NCBI GenBank assembly: GCA_964481865.1
Contig: CAYZUG010000003.1
Span: 38,295 to 102,294, forward strand
From: an uncultured Thermomonas sp.
Lineage (GTDB): Bacteria; Pseudomonadota; Gammaproteobacteria; Xanthomonadales; Xanthomonadaceae
Length of the DNA stretch: 64,000 nt
Reading direction: 5' to 3'
Positions 19,169 to 29,137 of the stretch are shown here, one piece after another (position 1 is the stretch's first letter; every line of letters begins with the position of its first letter). A program made the translations under genes and the position numbers. The notes under the pieces were generated by a model. That model ran no database searches, was not told the DNA's origin, and was given only the letters and a program-made list of their open reading frames with translations.

Positions 19169-20335
19169 ATGCTGACAACACCGCCCCTTTCGCTGTATGT
19201 CCATTTGCCGTGGTGCGTCCGTAAATGTCCGTATTGCGATTTCAACTCACACGAGCGGCGCAATGACATTACATACGACACCTATGTCGATGCACTGATC
19301 CGCGACCTTGATTTTGACCTTCCGCTGGTCTGGGGGCGGGTTGTGCATAGCGTTTTTTTTGGGGGCGGGACGCCTTCATTGTTTCCCCCAGAAAGTATCG
19401 ACCGGTTTCTGCAACAAGCCGCTGCACGCCTGCGCTTCGCACCTGATGTTGAGATCACCCTGGAAACCAACCCCGGCACTGTCGAACACGGCCCCTTCCC
19501 AGGCTATCGTGCCGCCGGCGTCAACCGGCTGAGTTTTGGCGTCCAGAGTTTCGACAATGGTTGCCTGCAACGGCTTGGGCGCATCCACTCCAGCGATGAT
19601 GCCGAGCGCGCCGTCAAATCTGCACAGGATGCGGGTTTCAGCAACATCAATCTCGACTTGATGTACGCCCTGCCTCAGCAATCACTTGCCATGGCGCAGG
19701 ATGATATACACCGTGCCATGGCGCTCATGCCAACGCACATCAGTCATTACCAACTCACCCTTGAACCCAATACCCGCTTCGCCGCCCGCCCACCAGAAGG
19801 CTTGCCGGATATGGATACTGCCTGGGACATGCAGGACGCCTGCCAAGCACTTCTGGCAACTGCGGGGTTTGCACAATACGAGGTCAGTGCCTATGCGCAA
19901 GCCGAAAAGCAATGCCAGCACAATCTTAACTATTGGAAATTCGGTGATTACCTAGGGATTGGCGCGGGTGCACACGGCAAACTGACGCTCGGTGCGACAC
20001 AACACATTCTGCGGCGCTGGAAGCTGCGTCACCCCACCCTGTACACAGAAAAAGCTGGGAGTCAGGAAGCGATTGGCGGCGATGATGTGCTCACGGCAAC
20101 ACGCCTGCCTTTTGATTTCATGCTCAATGCGCTGCGTCTGTATGACGGCCTGCCCCTGCATCTGTTTGAAGCGCGCACCGGGCTATCCGTCAGTCAGATT
20201 GCCGAGAAACTCCTGCACGCCCAATCCAATGGCTGGATTGAACCGATTGCACTTGATCCAGCAAGCGACTGGCTACGCCCAACCGAGCTTGGTCGGCGCT
20301 TCACAAACGACGTCATCGCCCTGTTTCTGGATTAA
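19169..20335 (+). CDS. hemW: Radical SAM heme chaperone HemW
   Basis: It has the CxxxCxxC motif (WCVRKCPYCDF) and a HemN-like fold. It is in the conserved rph-rdgB-hemW context. Confidence 0.88.
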   Translation: MLTTPPLSLYVHLPWCVRKCPYCDFNSHERRNDITYDTYVDALIRDLDFDLPLVWGRVVHSVFFGGGTPSLFPPESIDRFLQQAAARLRFAPDVEITLETNPGTVEHGPFPGYRAAGVNRLSFGVQSFDNGCLQRLGRIHSSDDAERAVKSAQDAGFSNINLDLMYALPQQSLAMAQDDIHRAMALMPTHISHYQLTLEPNTRFAARPPEGLPDMDTAWDMQDACQALLATAGFAQYEVSAYAQAEKQCQHNLNYWKFGDYLGIGAGAHGKLTLGATQHILRRWKLRHPTLYTEKAGSQEAIGGDDVLTATRLPFDFMLNALRLYDGLPLHLFEARTGLSVSQIAEKLLHAQSNGWIEPIALDPASDWLRPTELGRRFTNDVIALFLD

Positions 20336-20384
20336 TACGAGCTTTGTGACAGGTTATTGAGGCATTTCCATTTGCCGCATACCA

Positions 20385-22667
20385 TTGACGACAACATTAT
20401 GTGTCGGATTGCACACAACCGTGCCATTTTCTCCAACCCCGATTGAATCAAGCAAGCTGGCAAATGCACCGCTGCCTTCGCGTGTTCGACACATCTTGAC
20501 GCATCTTTTTTCAGACTTGCGTACGGCTCTCGTCCAACAAACCCCAGCGCTTCTGCAAGAGGCTGAGTTAGCACTTGCCCGGGCAACCACAAACGGCGAT
20601 CAACAACTTGAAAGCCAACGTGTTGCCGCCATGCGCAATCTGGCGAACGGCGAAAAAACCTTTACCCAGGCATTTCTTGGATATATCGAAACAGCGCTGG
20701 CTGAGCTGAAAACAACCCAGCCCAAAAACAACAGCGAAACTGTCGCGCCCACCACCTTCACACTTGCCTTGCTTGATGATGAAGAAGCTGATGACAGCAC
20801 CTTACTTGACAGCATGGCTGCCCGTATCGGGGCACATAACGGACTTGATTTGCATTTGCTCAGCCACCGTTTCGGTGTGCTGGCAGCCTCCCCTGCGTTT
20901 GAGAATGAGCTTTTACCTTTAGGGCCACATGCCTTTTGTCGGGCGGTGGCCGATGCCGCCGACCAACTCAAACTGGTTGGATATGCACGGGTGCAGCTTT
21001 TTCATTCATTTGAAAAAACGTTTGTTGCGCTGTATCCAAGTCTGTTGGAAGCCTTCAATCAGCGCCTTGTAGCACTTGGAGTTTTGCCGCATCTCAGCTT
21101 TGTGCCAATGCGCAGCCGTCCTGCTACCCATTTTGATACAGACAGCAATGCCACTCTCCCTGCACAGACAACACCACGTGCAGCCGAGCCTCCCCAGGCG
21201 GCAGTGCCCTCTGCATTTTTTGACCTTGTAGAAACACGTAACACAACGCCTGCACAGCCCATCTTGGCACCTGCATTACACGATTTCGCAGAACTGCAGA
21301 CACTTCTGAAAGAACGTCGGCAATTACTCTCGCGCTTACGCCCTGAAACTGCCGAAAACCGTGCCCCTGAAACACTGCCGCATGATGAAGTGCAGTCTTT
21401 TCTGCAACGTATGCGCTCAGCCAGCGGCAAAGCAGACTCGTTGGCGGATATTCGTCAGAATTTGTTAGCGCAAGCACGGCAAGCGCATGGCCATGGGGTT
21501 GCCTTGAATGAGCTGGATAACGACAGCTTTGATTTGATGCAGCTATTGATGTCGCAGCTGCAGCAGCACCAGCGCAAGTCCAGCACGGGCGAAGCATTGC
21601 TCGACAATCTCCGCCTGCCATTTTTGCAACTTGCCCTGCGCGACAACGCCTTTTTCACCGAAGCACAACATCCGGCGCGCCAATTGCTTGATGCGTTTTC
21701 GGATGCAGGTGCCCCATGGGTGGCGGAAGATGATTTCGATACGCAATGGCTTGGCTTATTGCAACGTGCCGCTTCTTCGATCATTCACGACACCACAGGG
21801 TCACCTGATGTTTTTGCCGAAGCCAACCAGACCTTGCAATCCGGCTTAGCCACACTGGAGCGTAAAGCCGAGATGGCCGAGAAACGGCAGATTGAAGCAG
21901 CACGCGGGCGTGAAAAATTGGCATTGGCGCGTTTACGCGCAACTGAAGAAATCAATCACGCACTCAATGGGCGCAACCTTTCTCAGTTCCATGCCACGCT
22001 GATGCAAGACACATGGGCAGATGTATTGTCGCTGACACATTTGCGCAACGGTGAAGACTCCACGGCATGGCAGCAGCTCTTGCAATTGACCCAGCATATT
22101 CTGGATGCAGCAACAGGACAGGCGGCGGCACCATCACCGGAAGAGCAAGCACTGATTCAACAGGCATTAGAGCAAGTGGGTTACCACACCGATGATGCTG
22201 CAAGCATCACGCATGAACTCATTTCTTCGGACGTCTCCGACGCTTCATCCAGCGCCCGCTCTGCACTGTTGGCGAAACTTCAGGAGCGCACCCGCCTCGG
22301 CGAAGGCAGTGCGCAACAGAGTTCTAACGAGCAAGCCCAGCTCAGTAGCGAAGAACAAACGGCTCACGCACAGCTTTGCGCACTGGAGCTTCCCGTCTGG
22401 ATTGATCTGCATGACGAAACCAACAGCCGCAAGCGCCGCCGTCTCGTCTGGCTGAGCGAAAAAACCGGGCAAGTGTTATTAACGAATCGTCGTGGCTTGC
22501 GTTCTGGCGACAGCAACCTGACGACACTGGCACGCCAGTTGGCAGCAGGAACCCTGCATATCATGGAAAAATCACAATCTCCCGCAGAGCATGCTTGGGA
22601 TGCTGCACTTGAGAGTTTGCGTCGCCTCGGCTCCAGTCAACCCCATCATGAAGGAGAAGGCGCATGA
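20385..22667 (+). CDS. DUF1631 family protein
   Basis: This ~760-aa alpha-helical protein is rich in Q, L and A. Its N- and C-terminal regions resemble DUF1631 as I recall it. The start is non-ATG and uncertain (TTG 20385, TTG 20409 or GTG 20421). Confidence 0.65.
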   Translation: MTTTLCVGLHTTVPFSPTPIESSKLANAPLPSRVRHILTHLFSDLRTALVQQTPALLQEAELALARATTNGDQQLESQRVAAMRNLANGEKTFTQAFLGYIETALAELKTTQPKNNSETVAPTTFTLALLDDEEADDSTLLDSMAARIGAHNGLDLHLLSHRFGVLAASPAFENELLPLGPHAFCRAVADAADQLKLVGYARVQLFHSFEKTFVALYPSLLEAFNQRLVALGVLPHLSFVPMRSRPATHFDTDSNATLPAQTTPRAAEPPQAAVPSAFFDLVETRNTTPAQPILAPALHDFAELQTLLKERRQLLSRLRPETAENRAPETLPHDEVQSFLQRMRSASGKADSLADIRQNLLAQARQAHGHGVALNELDNDSFDLMQLLMSQLQQHQRKSSTGEALLDNLRLPFLQLALRDNAFFTEAQHPARQLLDAFSDAGAPWVAEDDFDTQWLGLLQRAASSIIHDTTGSPDVFAEANQTLQSGLATLERKAEMAEKRQIEAARGREKLALARLRATEEINHALNGRNLSQFHATLMQDTWADVLSLTHLRNGEDSTAWQQLLQLTQHILDAATGQAAAPSPEEQALIQQALEQVGYHTDDAASITHELISSDVSDASSSARSALLAKLQERTRLGEGSAQQSSNEQAQLSSEEQTAHAQLCALELPVWIDLHDETNSRKRRRLVWLSEKTGQVLLTNRRGLRSGDSNLTTLARQLAAGTLHIMEKSQSPAEHAWDAALESLRRLGSSQPHHEGEGA

Positions 22668-23011
22668 GCCGTGAGATGCGCCGCCAACCCCGCCGTGCTG
22701 TCACTGGGCGCTGTGATGTTGTTGACAGCATGACGGACGAAACTGTTGGTCATGTCGGCAATCTGTCAATTGGCGGCATGCTGTTAATTGCAAACCGCAG
22801 TCTTCCCGATGACGCCCTTTTCCAATTTCGCTTTCCTTTGCCAAGTGACGCGGGTTCAGCACAGCCTGTTGAAGTGGGCGTACATGTGCTTTGGCAATCC
22901 CCCGGTGGCGCACCTGGACAGCACTGGATCGGCCTGCGCTTTCTTGGCTTATCAGCTGACGTCACACACCGTTTACGTGTATGGACACAGCATCCCGACG
23001 CCCAACTGTAA
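22664..23011 (+). CDS. PilZ domain protein (candidate c-di-GMP receptor)
   Basis: It has RRQPRR (RxxxR) followed by NLSIGG ([D/N]xSxxG). Its start overlaps the DUF1631 stop as ATGA, and AAGGAG lies 7 nt upstream. Confidence 0.75.
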   Translation: MSREMRRQPRRAVTGRCDVVDSMTDETVGHVGNLSIGGMLLIANRSLPDDALFQFRFPLPSDAGSAQPVEVGVHVLWQSPGGAPGQHWIGLRFLGLSADVTHRLRVWTQHPDAQL

Positions 23012-23092
23012 GGCAGTGGCTGCACACCGTACGTTCAACAAACCTGTACCAGATGCGCGACAATCTGTTTTGACTTCACCAAGGTAACTGCC

Positions 23093-24415
23093 ATGTTCAA
23101 CGCCACGCTTTCGTCTTTGTATCCGCAACATATCGATACGTTATTGGCACGTACCTCGGAAGCATTGCAACGTGGTGGATATGAACATCTGTTGATCCCC
23201 AGCGGCACTCTGCTTTATCAGGTCTTTGATGACCGTGATTATCCCTATGCCGTCAACCCTCAGTTCAAGGCATGGCTACCACTCACACAGGCACCAGGAA
23301 GCTGGCTGATCATCACCCCCGGCAAACGCCCAAAGCTGCTTTATCTGCAGCCGCACGACTACTGGCATGTGGTACCTGAAGCACCGAACGGCTATTGGGT
23401 GTCACATTTCGACATTGACATCATCCGCACGCCTGAAGACGCACTTGCGCACTTGCCCAAACCCGTTGAACGCTGCGCCATTCTGGGGGAAGCACAAAGC
23501 CGCATCGGTGATTACATTCCCAACAACCCCGATGCCGTGCTGCATTACCTCGACTTTCATCGCGCCTATAAAACGCCCTATGAAATAGGGATGATGCAAC
23601 AAGCCAATCATATTGCCGCACGCGCCCACCAAGCAGCAGAGCAAGCTTTTCGAGCAGGTGCAAGTGAACTTGAAATCCACTTTGCCTACTGCATGGCAGC
23701 CGGGCAAGACAGCAACACGTTGCCATATAGCAACATTATTTGTTTGAACGCACATGCGGCAATCTTGCATTACCACCATCGCGACACACTGAAGCCGGAA
23801 ATCCATCGCAGTTTTCTGATTGATGCTGGCGCCTCGTTTGGTGGTTATGCGGCGGATGTCACCCGTACCTATTCCGCCAAAGACGATGATTTCCAGGCGA
23901 TGATCTGTGCCGTGGATGTTGCCCAGCAAACACTCTGTGACGCCGTACGCGCCGGTACCGACTACGCCAACATTCATCTGCAAACCCATCAGCTGCTTGC
24001 AGGAATTCTGCGTGATTTTGATCTCATCACCATCAGCGCAGATGACGCCGTAGCACGTGGTGTCTCCAGTGCATTCTTTCCGCATGGCATTGGCCATGGC
24101 ATTGGTCTGCAGGTACATGATGTTGCGGGCTTTGCCGCATCCGATCGTGGTGGCAGTATTGCCAAGCCTGAAGGTCATCCTTATCTGCGCTTCACACGCA
24201 CACTTGAGCCAGGCATGTGTCTGACCATTGAACCTGGACTTTACTTCATCGACATGTTGCTGGATGAACTGAAAGATAAGGGTCTTGCTGATACCGTGAA
24301 CTGGGCGCGCGTTGACGAGTTCAAACCATATGGTGGCATTCGCATTGAAGACAATGTGGTATGCACCGATGACACACCACTGAATTTGAGCCGCAAAGCA
24401 TTTGCCGCACTTTGA
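23093..24415 (+). CDS. pepQ: Xaa-Pro dipeptidase
   Basis: It has an M24B fold with metal ligands (DAGA...HGIGHGIG...EPG) and a PepQ-like N-terminus. Confidence 0.88.
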   Translation: MFNATLSSLYPQHIDTLLARTSEALQRGGYEHLLIPSGTLLYQVFDDRDYPYAVNPQFKAWLPLTQAPGSWLIITPGKRPKLLYLQPHDYWHVVPEAPNGYWVSHFDIDIIRTPEDALAHLPKPVERCAILGEAQSRIGDYIPNNPDAVLHYLDFHRAYKTPYEIGMMQQANHIAARAHQAAEQAFRAGASELEIHFAYCMAAGQDSNTLPYSNIICLNAHAAILHYHHRDTLKPEIHRSFLIDAGASFGGYAADVTRTYSAKDDDFQAMICAVDVAQQTLCDAVRAGTDYANIHLQTHQLLAGILRDFDLITISADDAVARGVSSAFFPHGIGHGIGLQVHDVAGFAASDRGGSIAKPEGHPYLRFTRTLEPGMCLTIEPGLYFIDMLLDELKDKGLADTVNWARVDEFKPYGGIRIEDNVVCTDDTPLNLSRKAFAAL

Positions 24416-24437
24416 ACTGCGATTTAACCCTGCTCAC

Positions 24438-24467
24438 TTGCCCACCGTGCATGCGCAAGGTGGGCAA
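24438..24467. terminator. Hairpin between convergent pepQ and pepP (possible bidirectional terminator)
   Basis: TTGCCCACC (24438-24446) and GGTGGGCAA (24459-24467) form a 9-bp stem with a 12-nt loop. There is no strong T-tract. Confidence 0.4.
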
Positions 24468-24478
24468 TACGCTTGCAA

Positions 24479-25792
24479 TTAATTCTGCATCAAGGCTTCG
24501 ATGGCATCGGCACTGCGTTCCAATGCCGAGGTGAATACGTGGTGGCCGTTTGCAGTGATAAGTACATCGTCTTCAATACGAATACCGATACCACGCCATT
24601 TTTCAGCAACACGGGTGTCGTCGTGGGCGATATACAGACCAGGCTCAATGGTCAGACACATGCCTGGCTCAAGTAGTCGCGACTGACCATCCACGCGATA
24701 CTCACCCACATCATGCACGTCCAAGCCCAGCCAGTGTCCGGTTTTGTGTCGGCTAAACCGCGTGTAATCACCACTTGCCAAGTGTGATTCCAGTGTCCCT
24801 TGCAGCAAGCCGAGTGTCAGCAGTCCTTCAACTAAGGTTGCTACTGCCGCATCGTGCATCGCCTCATAAGGTCGCCCGGGTTGCGCCTGCAACAACGCCG
24901 CGGCTTGCGCTTTCCCAACCAGATCATGCAAAAGGCGTTGCTCTGGGGTAAACCGCCCAGTAATGGGGAATGTGCGCGTGATATCAGCCGCATAACCCTG
25001 CACTTCTGCGCCCGCATCAACAAGCACCAAATCACCAGCCTGCGCCTGTCCAGTATTGGCGATGTAATGCAGCACGCAGGCATTTTTTCCTGCACCAACG
25101 ATACTGGCATACGCGGGCTGGGCATGATGTCTGCGGAAGACATATTCCAGCTCCGCTTGCAGTACGTATTCGTGCATTCCCGGACGTGCTGCACGCATAA
25201 CAGCGCGATGCGCCTCAATGCTGATATCCGCAGCGTTCTGCATCCAAACGATTTCATCGTCCGCCTTGAACAAGCGCATTTCATCGAGCAAATGTCCAAG
25301 CGCCAGAAACTCTTGCGGTGGCTGTGCGCCATGACGAATTTGTGCCCGCACCCGATTCAACCAACCAATCAGTTTCAGGTCGAAATCGGCATCTCGCCCG
25401 AGGTGATAATGCACACTGCGTCGCCCTTCCAACAGCCCGGGAAGGATGTCGTCAATATCAGAAATCGGATAGGCGTCATCCACTCCCAAGATATTGACCG
25501 CTTGCTCTGGGCCAAGCCTTGGGCCATCCCATCCTTCACGCTCAGGATCACGCTCACGGCAGAACAGCAGCACTTCGCCGTATTTGCGCCCGGGCACCAG
25601 CACTAAAACCGCTTCTGGCTCATCGAAGCCAGTGAGGTACCAAAAATCCGAATCCTGGCGGTAGGGATAAAACGTATCGCGGCTGCGAACCCGCTCGGGT
25701 GCCGCTGCAAGAATCAAGATGGCGCCGTCTCCAGCCGCTTCCATCAATTGCCGACGACGATCAATCAGCCGCTGTCGTGTCTGTTCATCCAT
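24479..25792 (-). CDS. pepP: Xaa-Pro aminopeptidase
   Basis: It has an M24B aminopeptidase P sequence (HKTGHWLGLDVHD, IEPG, RIEDD) in the conserved ygfB-pepP context. Confidence 0.9.
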   Translation of the reverse strand: MDEQTRQRLIDRRRQLMEAAGDGAILILAAAPERVRSRDTFYPYRQDSDFWYLTGFDEPEAVLVLVPGRKYGEVLLFCRERDPEREGWDGPRLGPEQAVNILGVDDAYPISDIDDILPGLLEGRRSVHYHLGRDADFDLKLIGWLNRVRAQIRHGAQPPQEFLALGHLLDEMRLFKADDEIVWMQNAADISIEAHRAVMRAARPGMHEYVLQAELEYVFRRHHAQPAYASIVGAGKNACVLHYIANTGQAQAGDLVLVDAGAEVQGYAADITRTFPITGRFTPEQRLLHDLVGKAQAAALLQAQPGRPYEAMHDAAVATLVEGLLTLGLLQGTLESHLASGDYTRFSRHKTGHWLGLDVHDVGEYRVDGQSRLLEPGMCLTIEPGLYIAHDDTRVAEKWRGIGIRIEDDVLITANGHHVFTSALERSADAIEALMQN

Positions 25793-25808
25793 TGCCAGTA
25801 CTCATTCT

Positions 25809-26354
25809 TCAATGCAAGCGCTGGCGATGCTGTTCCCGCATTGCGCAATCGGCATGCAATAAAAGCACGGCCATGCGCAAATACTCCTCGATTTCAGCCA
25901 AGGACTCCTCATCCTCACTGCCTTCATCCCCGTCTTCCATGGATGCGGATGCGAGGTTCGCCAAATCGGCAAGCGCTTCTTCATCGGCCTCCGACAAGGG
26001 TTTATCACCAACCATCAAGCCAAAGCCACCCAGAAACGCACGGCACCACGCAAACAGCGCTTCAGCACGCACGCGTGCGCTTTGTGTTTCAGGCAAAAGC
26101 AGTTGAAAGCCGAATTCGGGGTCTTCCATCTGCATCATGCTTGCCGCATGCAAACGTGCAAGTGCATCGTCGGCAGACGGCGCTGGCAACTCTGGATCTG
26201 CCATAACCTCAGCCAACCAGTTTTTGGCTGACATACCCCCCGCTGCCAGCCAGCCACATAACGCCCCATGAAGCTCAGCTGGGCTTGTGGCCAGCATCAG
26301 GTGAGCGGCTTCCTGTGCCACCTCATCCCAGTCTGGTAACGTCATCTCATCCAC
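25809..26354 (-). CDS. ygfB: UPF0149 family protein YgfB
   Basis: This acidic ~180-aa protein sits immediately upstream of pepP. Its sequence and position are typical of YgfB/UPF0149. Confidence 0.75.
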   Translation of the reverse strand: MDEMTLPDWDEVAQEAAHLMLATSPAELHGALCGWLAAGGMSAKNWLAEVMADPELPAPSADDALARLHAASMMQMEDPEFGFQLLLPETQSARVRAEALFAWCRAFLGGFGLMVGDKPLSEADEEALADLANLASASMEDGDEGSEDEESLAEIEEYLRMAVLLLHADCAMREQHRQRLH

Positions 26355-26419
26355 GTTGAATCACCTCATGCATGCAGAGGGCGAGTGTAACAAGCACCTG
26401 CCCTCTACACAGCAGACAT

Positions 26420-27622
26420 TCACGCTGCCACAGCTTCCATTTGCAGGATTTGCCCTGCTTCGCGTGCGGCAACCCGTCCTTCATCGGTAGGAATCACCCA
26501 GACCTCAATACGGCTATCCGGAGCATGAATTGCCCAAGCTGCCTTGCCATTCGCCTGTTGGTTGCGTTCTTTGTCGATGCGCACACCCATCCAAGCCAAA
26601 CTTTCGCACACTTGCTCACGCAGCACGGCATCGTTTTCACCGATACCACCACTGAATGCCAGAACATCCATCCCCTGCATGATGCCCACCAGTCCACCCA
26701 ACTCACGCACCACACGATGTGTGAATTGATCAATGGCACGTTGTGCATCTGGGCTACCATCTGCACGCAAACGCCGCATATCGGCGGAAATCCCCGAAAC
26801 ACCCAGCAAGCCGCATTGTTTGTACAGCAATTTCTCGATTTGTTTATGCTGCCAACCTTGTTCCATCAGGTACAGCAAAACACCCGCATCCAGCGTGCCG
26901 CTGCGTGTGCCCATCATCAGCCCGTCCAATGCAGAAAACCCCATGCTGGTTGCGATGCTGGAACCATTCACTGCTGCACACAAGCTGGAGCCATTGCCTA
27001 GGTGCGCCATGACTACGCGCCCACGACCACGCAATGTGTTTTCCAGCAATACGGACATGATGTACTGGTAAGACAAACCGTGGAATCCATAGCGGCGAAC
27101 CCCTTGGTCACGCAACTCCTTCGGCAATGCAAAGGAATAATCCACTTCAGCCATACCCGCATGGAACGCGGTATCGAAGCAGGCAATTTGCGGCAATTCA
27201 GGGAATGCTACCTGGAACCGACGTATCCCTTCCAGATTATGCGGCTGATGCAAAGGCGCCAACGAATTGAAACGCGTCAAGCGCTGCAACACCTCATCAT
27301 CTACCAGCACACTCTTGCTGAACTCGCCGCCGCCATGCACAACACGGTGCGCAACCGCTTCAATGCGCTCAGCACCATCCAACTCTTGCACCAATTTGCG
27401 TAGACGTTCCAAGGCCACTGAAAACGGAGTTTCGCCTTCTGCAACATGGAGGGCTTCCTGATGCTTTTGCCCGTGGTATGTCCAACCCATTTCAGGCTGT
27501 CCGCCAGGCTCCAAGCCTTGAACATTGCCGGACAGAAGATCGGCCTGTACTTGCCCATCCTTGAAAGGATGCAACGAAAATTTAAGTGACGAAGAACCCG
27601 CATTCACCGCAAGAATAGCCAT
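26420..27622 (-). CDS. ackA: Acetate kinase
   Basis: ATG 27622 (MAILAVNAGSSSLKF) follows an AGGAG SD. The tracked extension to 27748 would overlap the upstream gene. Confidence 0.92.
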   Translation of the reverse strand: MAILAVNAGSSSLKFSLHPFKDGQVQADLLSGNVQGLEPGGQPEMGWTYHGQKHQEALHVAEGETPFSVALERLRKLVQELDGAERIEAVAHRVVHGGGEFSKSVLVDDEVLQRLTRFNSLAPLHQPHNLEGIRRFQVAFPELPQIACFDTAFHAGMAEVDYSFALPKELRDQGVRRYGFHGLSYQYIMSVLLENTLRGRGRVVMAHLGNGSSLCAAVNGSSIATSMGFSALDGLMMGTRSGTLDAGVLLYLMEQGWQHKQIEKLLYKQCGLLGVSGISADMRRLRADGSPDAQRAIDQFTHRVVRELGGLVGIMQGMDVLAFSGGIGENDAVLREQVCESLAWMGVRIDKERNQQANGKAAWAIHAPDSRIEVWVIPTDEGRVAAREAGQILQMEAVAA

Positions 27623-27644
27623 ACCGATCTCCTGTCCTGTGCAA

Positions 27645-29084
27645 TTAACCTTGCTTCCAAGCGTTCTCAGCGCGCTTCTTACGCTGATCATGTGCAACCA
27701 GCACCGCAAGCACCGTTGAAGCAACGCGCGTTGTTGGGCCATCAGCACGGCTGGTCAAAGCAATCGGCACACGCGAACCCAACACCAAGCCCGAACCACT
27801 GGCACCTGCCAAGTATTCCAATTGCTTGGCCACCATATTGCCGCTTTCCAGATCAGGCACTGCCAAAATGTCAGCTTGCCCAGCGACCTGTGAAGTAATG
27901 CCCTTAATCCGCGCTGCATCAAGAGAAATGGCGTTATCAAAGGCCAGAGGGCCATCCAATTGACCGCCGGTAATTTGCCCACGATCTGCCATCTTGCACA
28001 GAGCAGCTGCGTCCAGCGTAGAAGGAATCGCCGGAGTCACCGTTTCAACTGCCGACAAAATCGCAACCTTGGGCTGTTCAACACCCATGATGTGCAGGAA
28101 GTCGATCGCGTTCTGCACGATGTCCACTTTTTCCTGCAAGCAAGGCTTAATGTTGATCGCCGCGTCGGTAATCAGCAACGGCTTCGAGTACAACGGCACA
28201 TCGAAGCGGAACACATGCGACAGACGGCGGCCGGTACGCAGCGCAGGCTGTGACAACACTGCTTTCAGCAGCTCATCGGTATGCAGGCTGCCCTTCATGA
28301 TGATTTCAACTTCTTGGCGTGCAGCCATTTCTGCCGCGACTTGTGCGGCCGCATGGCTGTGTTCCACCGAAATGATTTCCACACCTTGCAGATTGATGCC
28401 GGCTTCTTCCGCCACACGACGGATACGACCTTCCGGGCCAATCAACACGGGTTGAATCAAACCGTGGCCAGCAGCATCAATGGCGCCACTCAACGAGCCA
28501 GCATCCACCGGATGCACCACCGCGCAACGCACGATTGGCATGCCCTGCACCATATCCAACAGCGAGTTGAAACGGGCTTCTGGATCAAACAACTGCAGTT
28601 GTGGGGCTTCAATGCGCTGCACACGCACCTTTTGTGTGGGTGGCATCAGATTGGCTTCACCCTTCAACACCACTTCACCGTGTTGATTGGTGACCAAGCA
28701 ATCCATCTTGACGCGCTTTTTCTCGTCGTTCTTTTCACTGACCGTAGCCAATACAGTCAGGGTGTCACCGATACGAACCGGCTTGGTGAACTTCAATTCT
28801 TGTCCGAGATAGATCGTGCCTGGCCCCGGGAATTGCGTACCAAACAACGCAGAAATCAGTGCTGCACCCAGCATGCCGTGGGCAATCACACCATGGAACA
28901 TGGTGGCATCAGCATAGTCTTCGTTCAAATGGGCAGGATTGATGTCGCCCGACACGGCAGCAAAGGCTTGGATGTCTTCCAGTGACACGGTGCGAATCAA
29001 GCGAGCACTGAGGCCAACGCTCAATTCGTCATAGGTCACATTTTCCATCCATAAGCCATCGGCTTCGGTGATGTTTGCATTCAT
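27645..29084 (-). CDS. Bifunctional MaoC-like enoyl-CoA hydratase / phosphate acyltransferase (PTA_PTB)
   Basis: An N-terminal hot-dog MaoC region (SGDINPAHLNEDYA) is fused to a C-terminal phosphate acetyl/butyryl-transferase domain. Confidence 0.82.
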   Translation of the reverse strand: MNANITEADGLWMENVTYDELSVGLSARLIRTVSLEDIQAFAAVSGDINPAHLNEDYADATMFHGVIAHGMLGAALISALFGTQFPGPGTIYLGQELKFTKPVRIGDTLTVLATVSEKNDEKKRVKMDCLVTNQHGEVVLKGEANLMPPTQKVRVQRIEAPQLQLFDPEARFNSLLDMVQGMPIVRCAVVHPVDAGSLSGAIDAAGHGLIQPVLIGPEGRIRRVAEEAGINLQGVEIISVEHSHAAAQVAAEMAARQEVEIIMKGSLHTDELLKAVLSQPALRTGRRLSHVFRFDVPLYSKPLLITDAAINIKPCLQEKVDIVQNAIDFLHIMGVEQPKVAILSAVETVTPAIPSTLDAAALCKMADRGQITGGQLDGPLAFDNAISLDAARIKGITSQVAGQADILAVPDLESGNMVAKQLEYLAGASGSGLVLGSRVPIALTSRADGPTTRVASTVLAVLVAHDQRKKRAENAWKQG

Positions 29085-29137
29085 AAAATTTGCTCTTTCT
29101 TTATTTGGGGGAGGTCACAACAATCGCGTTTTATCGC

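Noticed and set aside
26376-26406. An AGAGGGC-N17-GCCCTCT hairpin lies between ackA and ygfB and was considered as a terminator.
   Set aside because: The stem is only 7 bp with a 17-nt loop, and no T-tract follows on the minus strand. The evidence is too weak to annotate.
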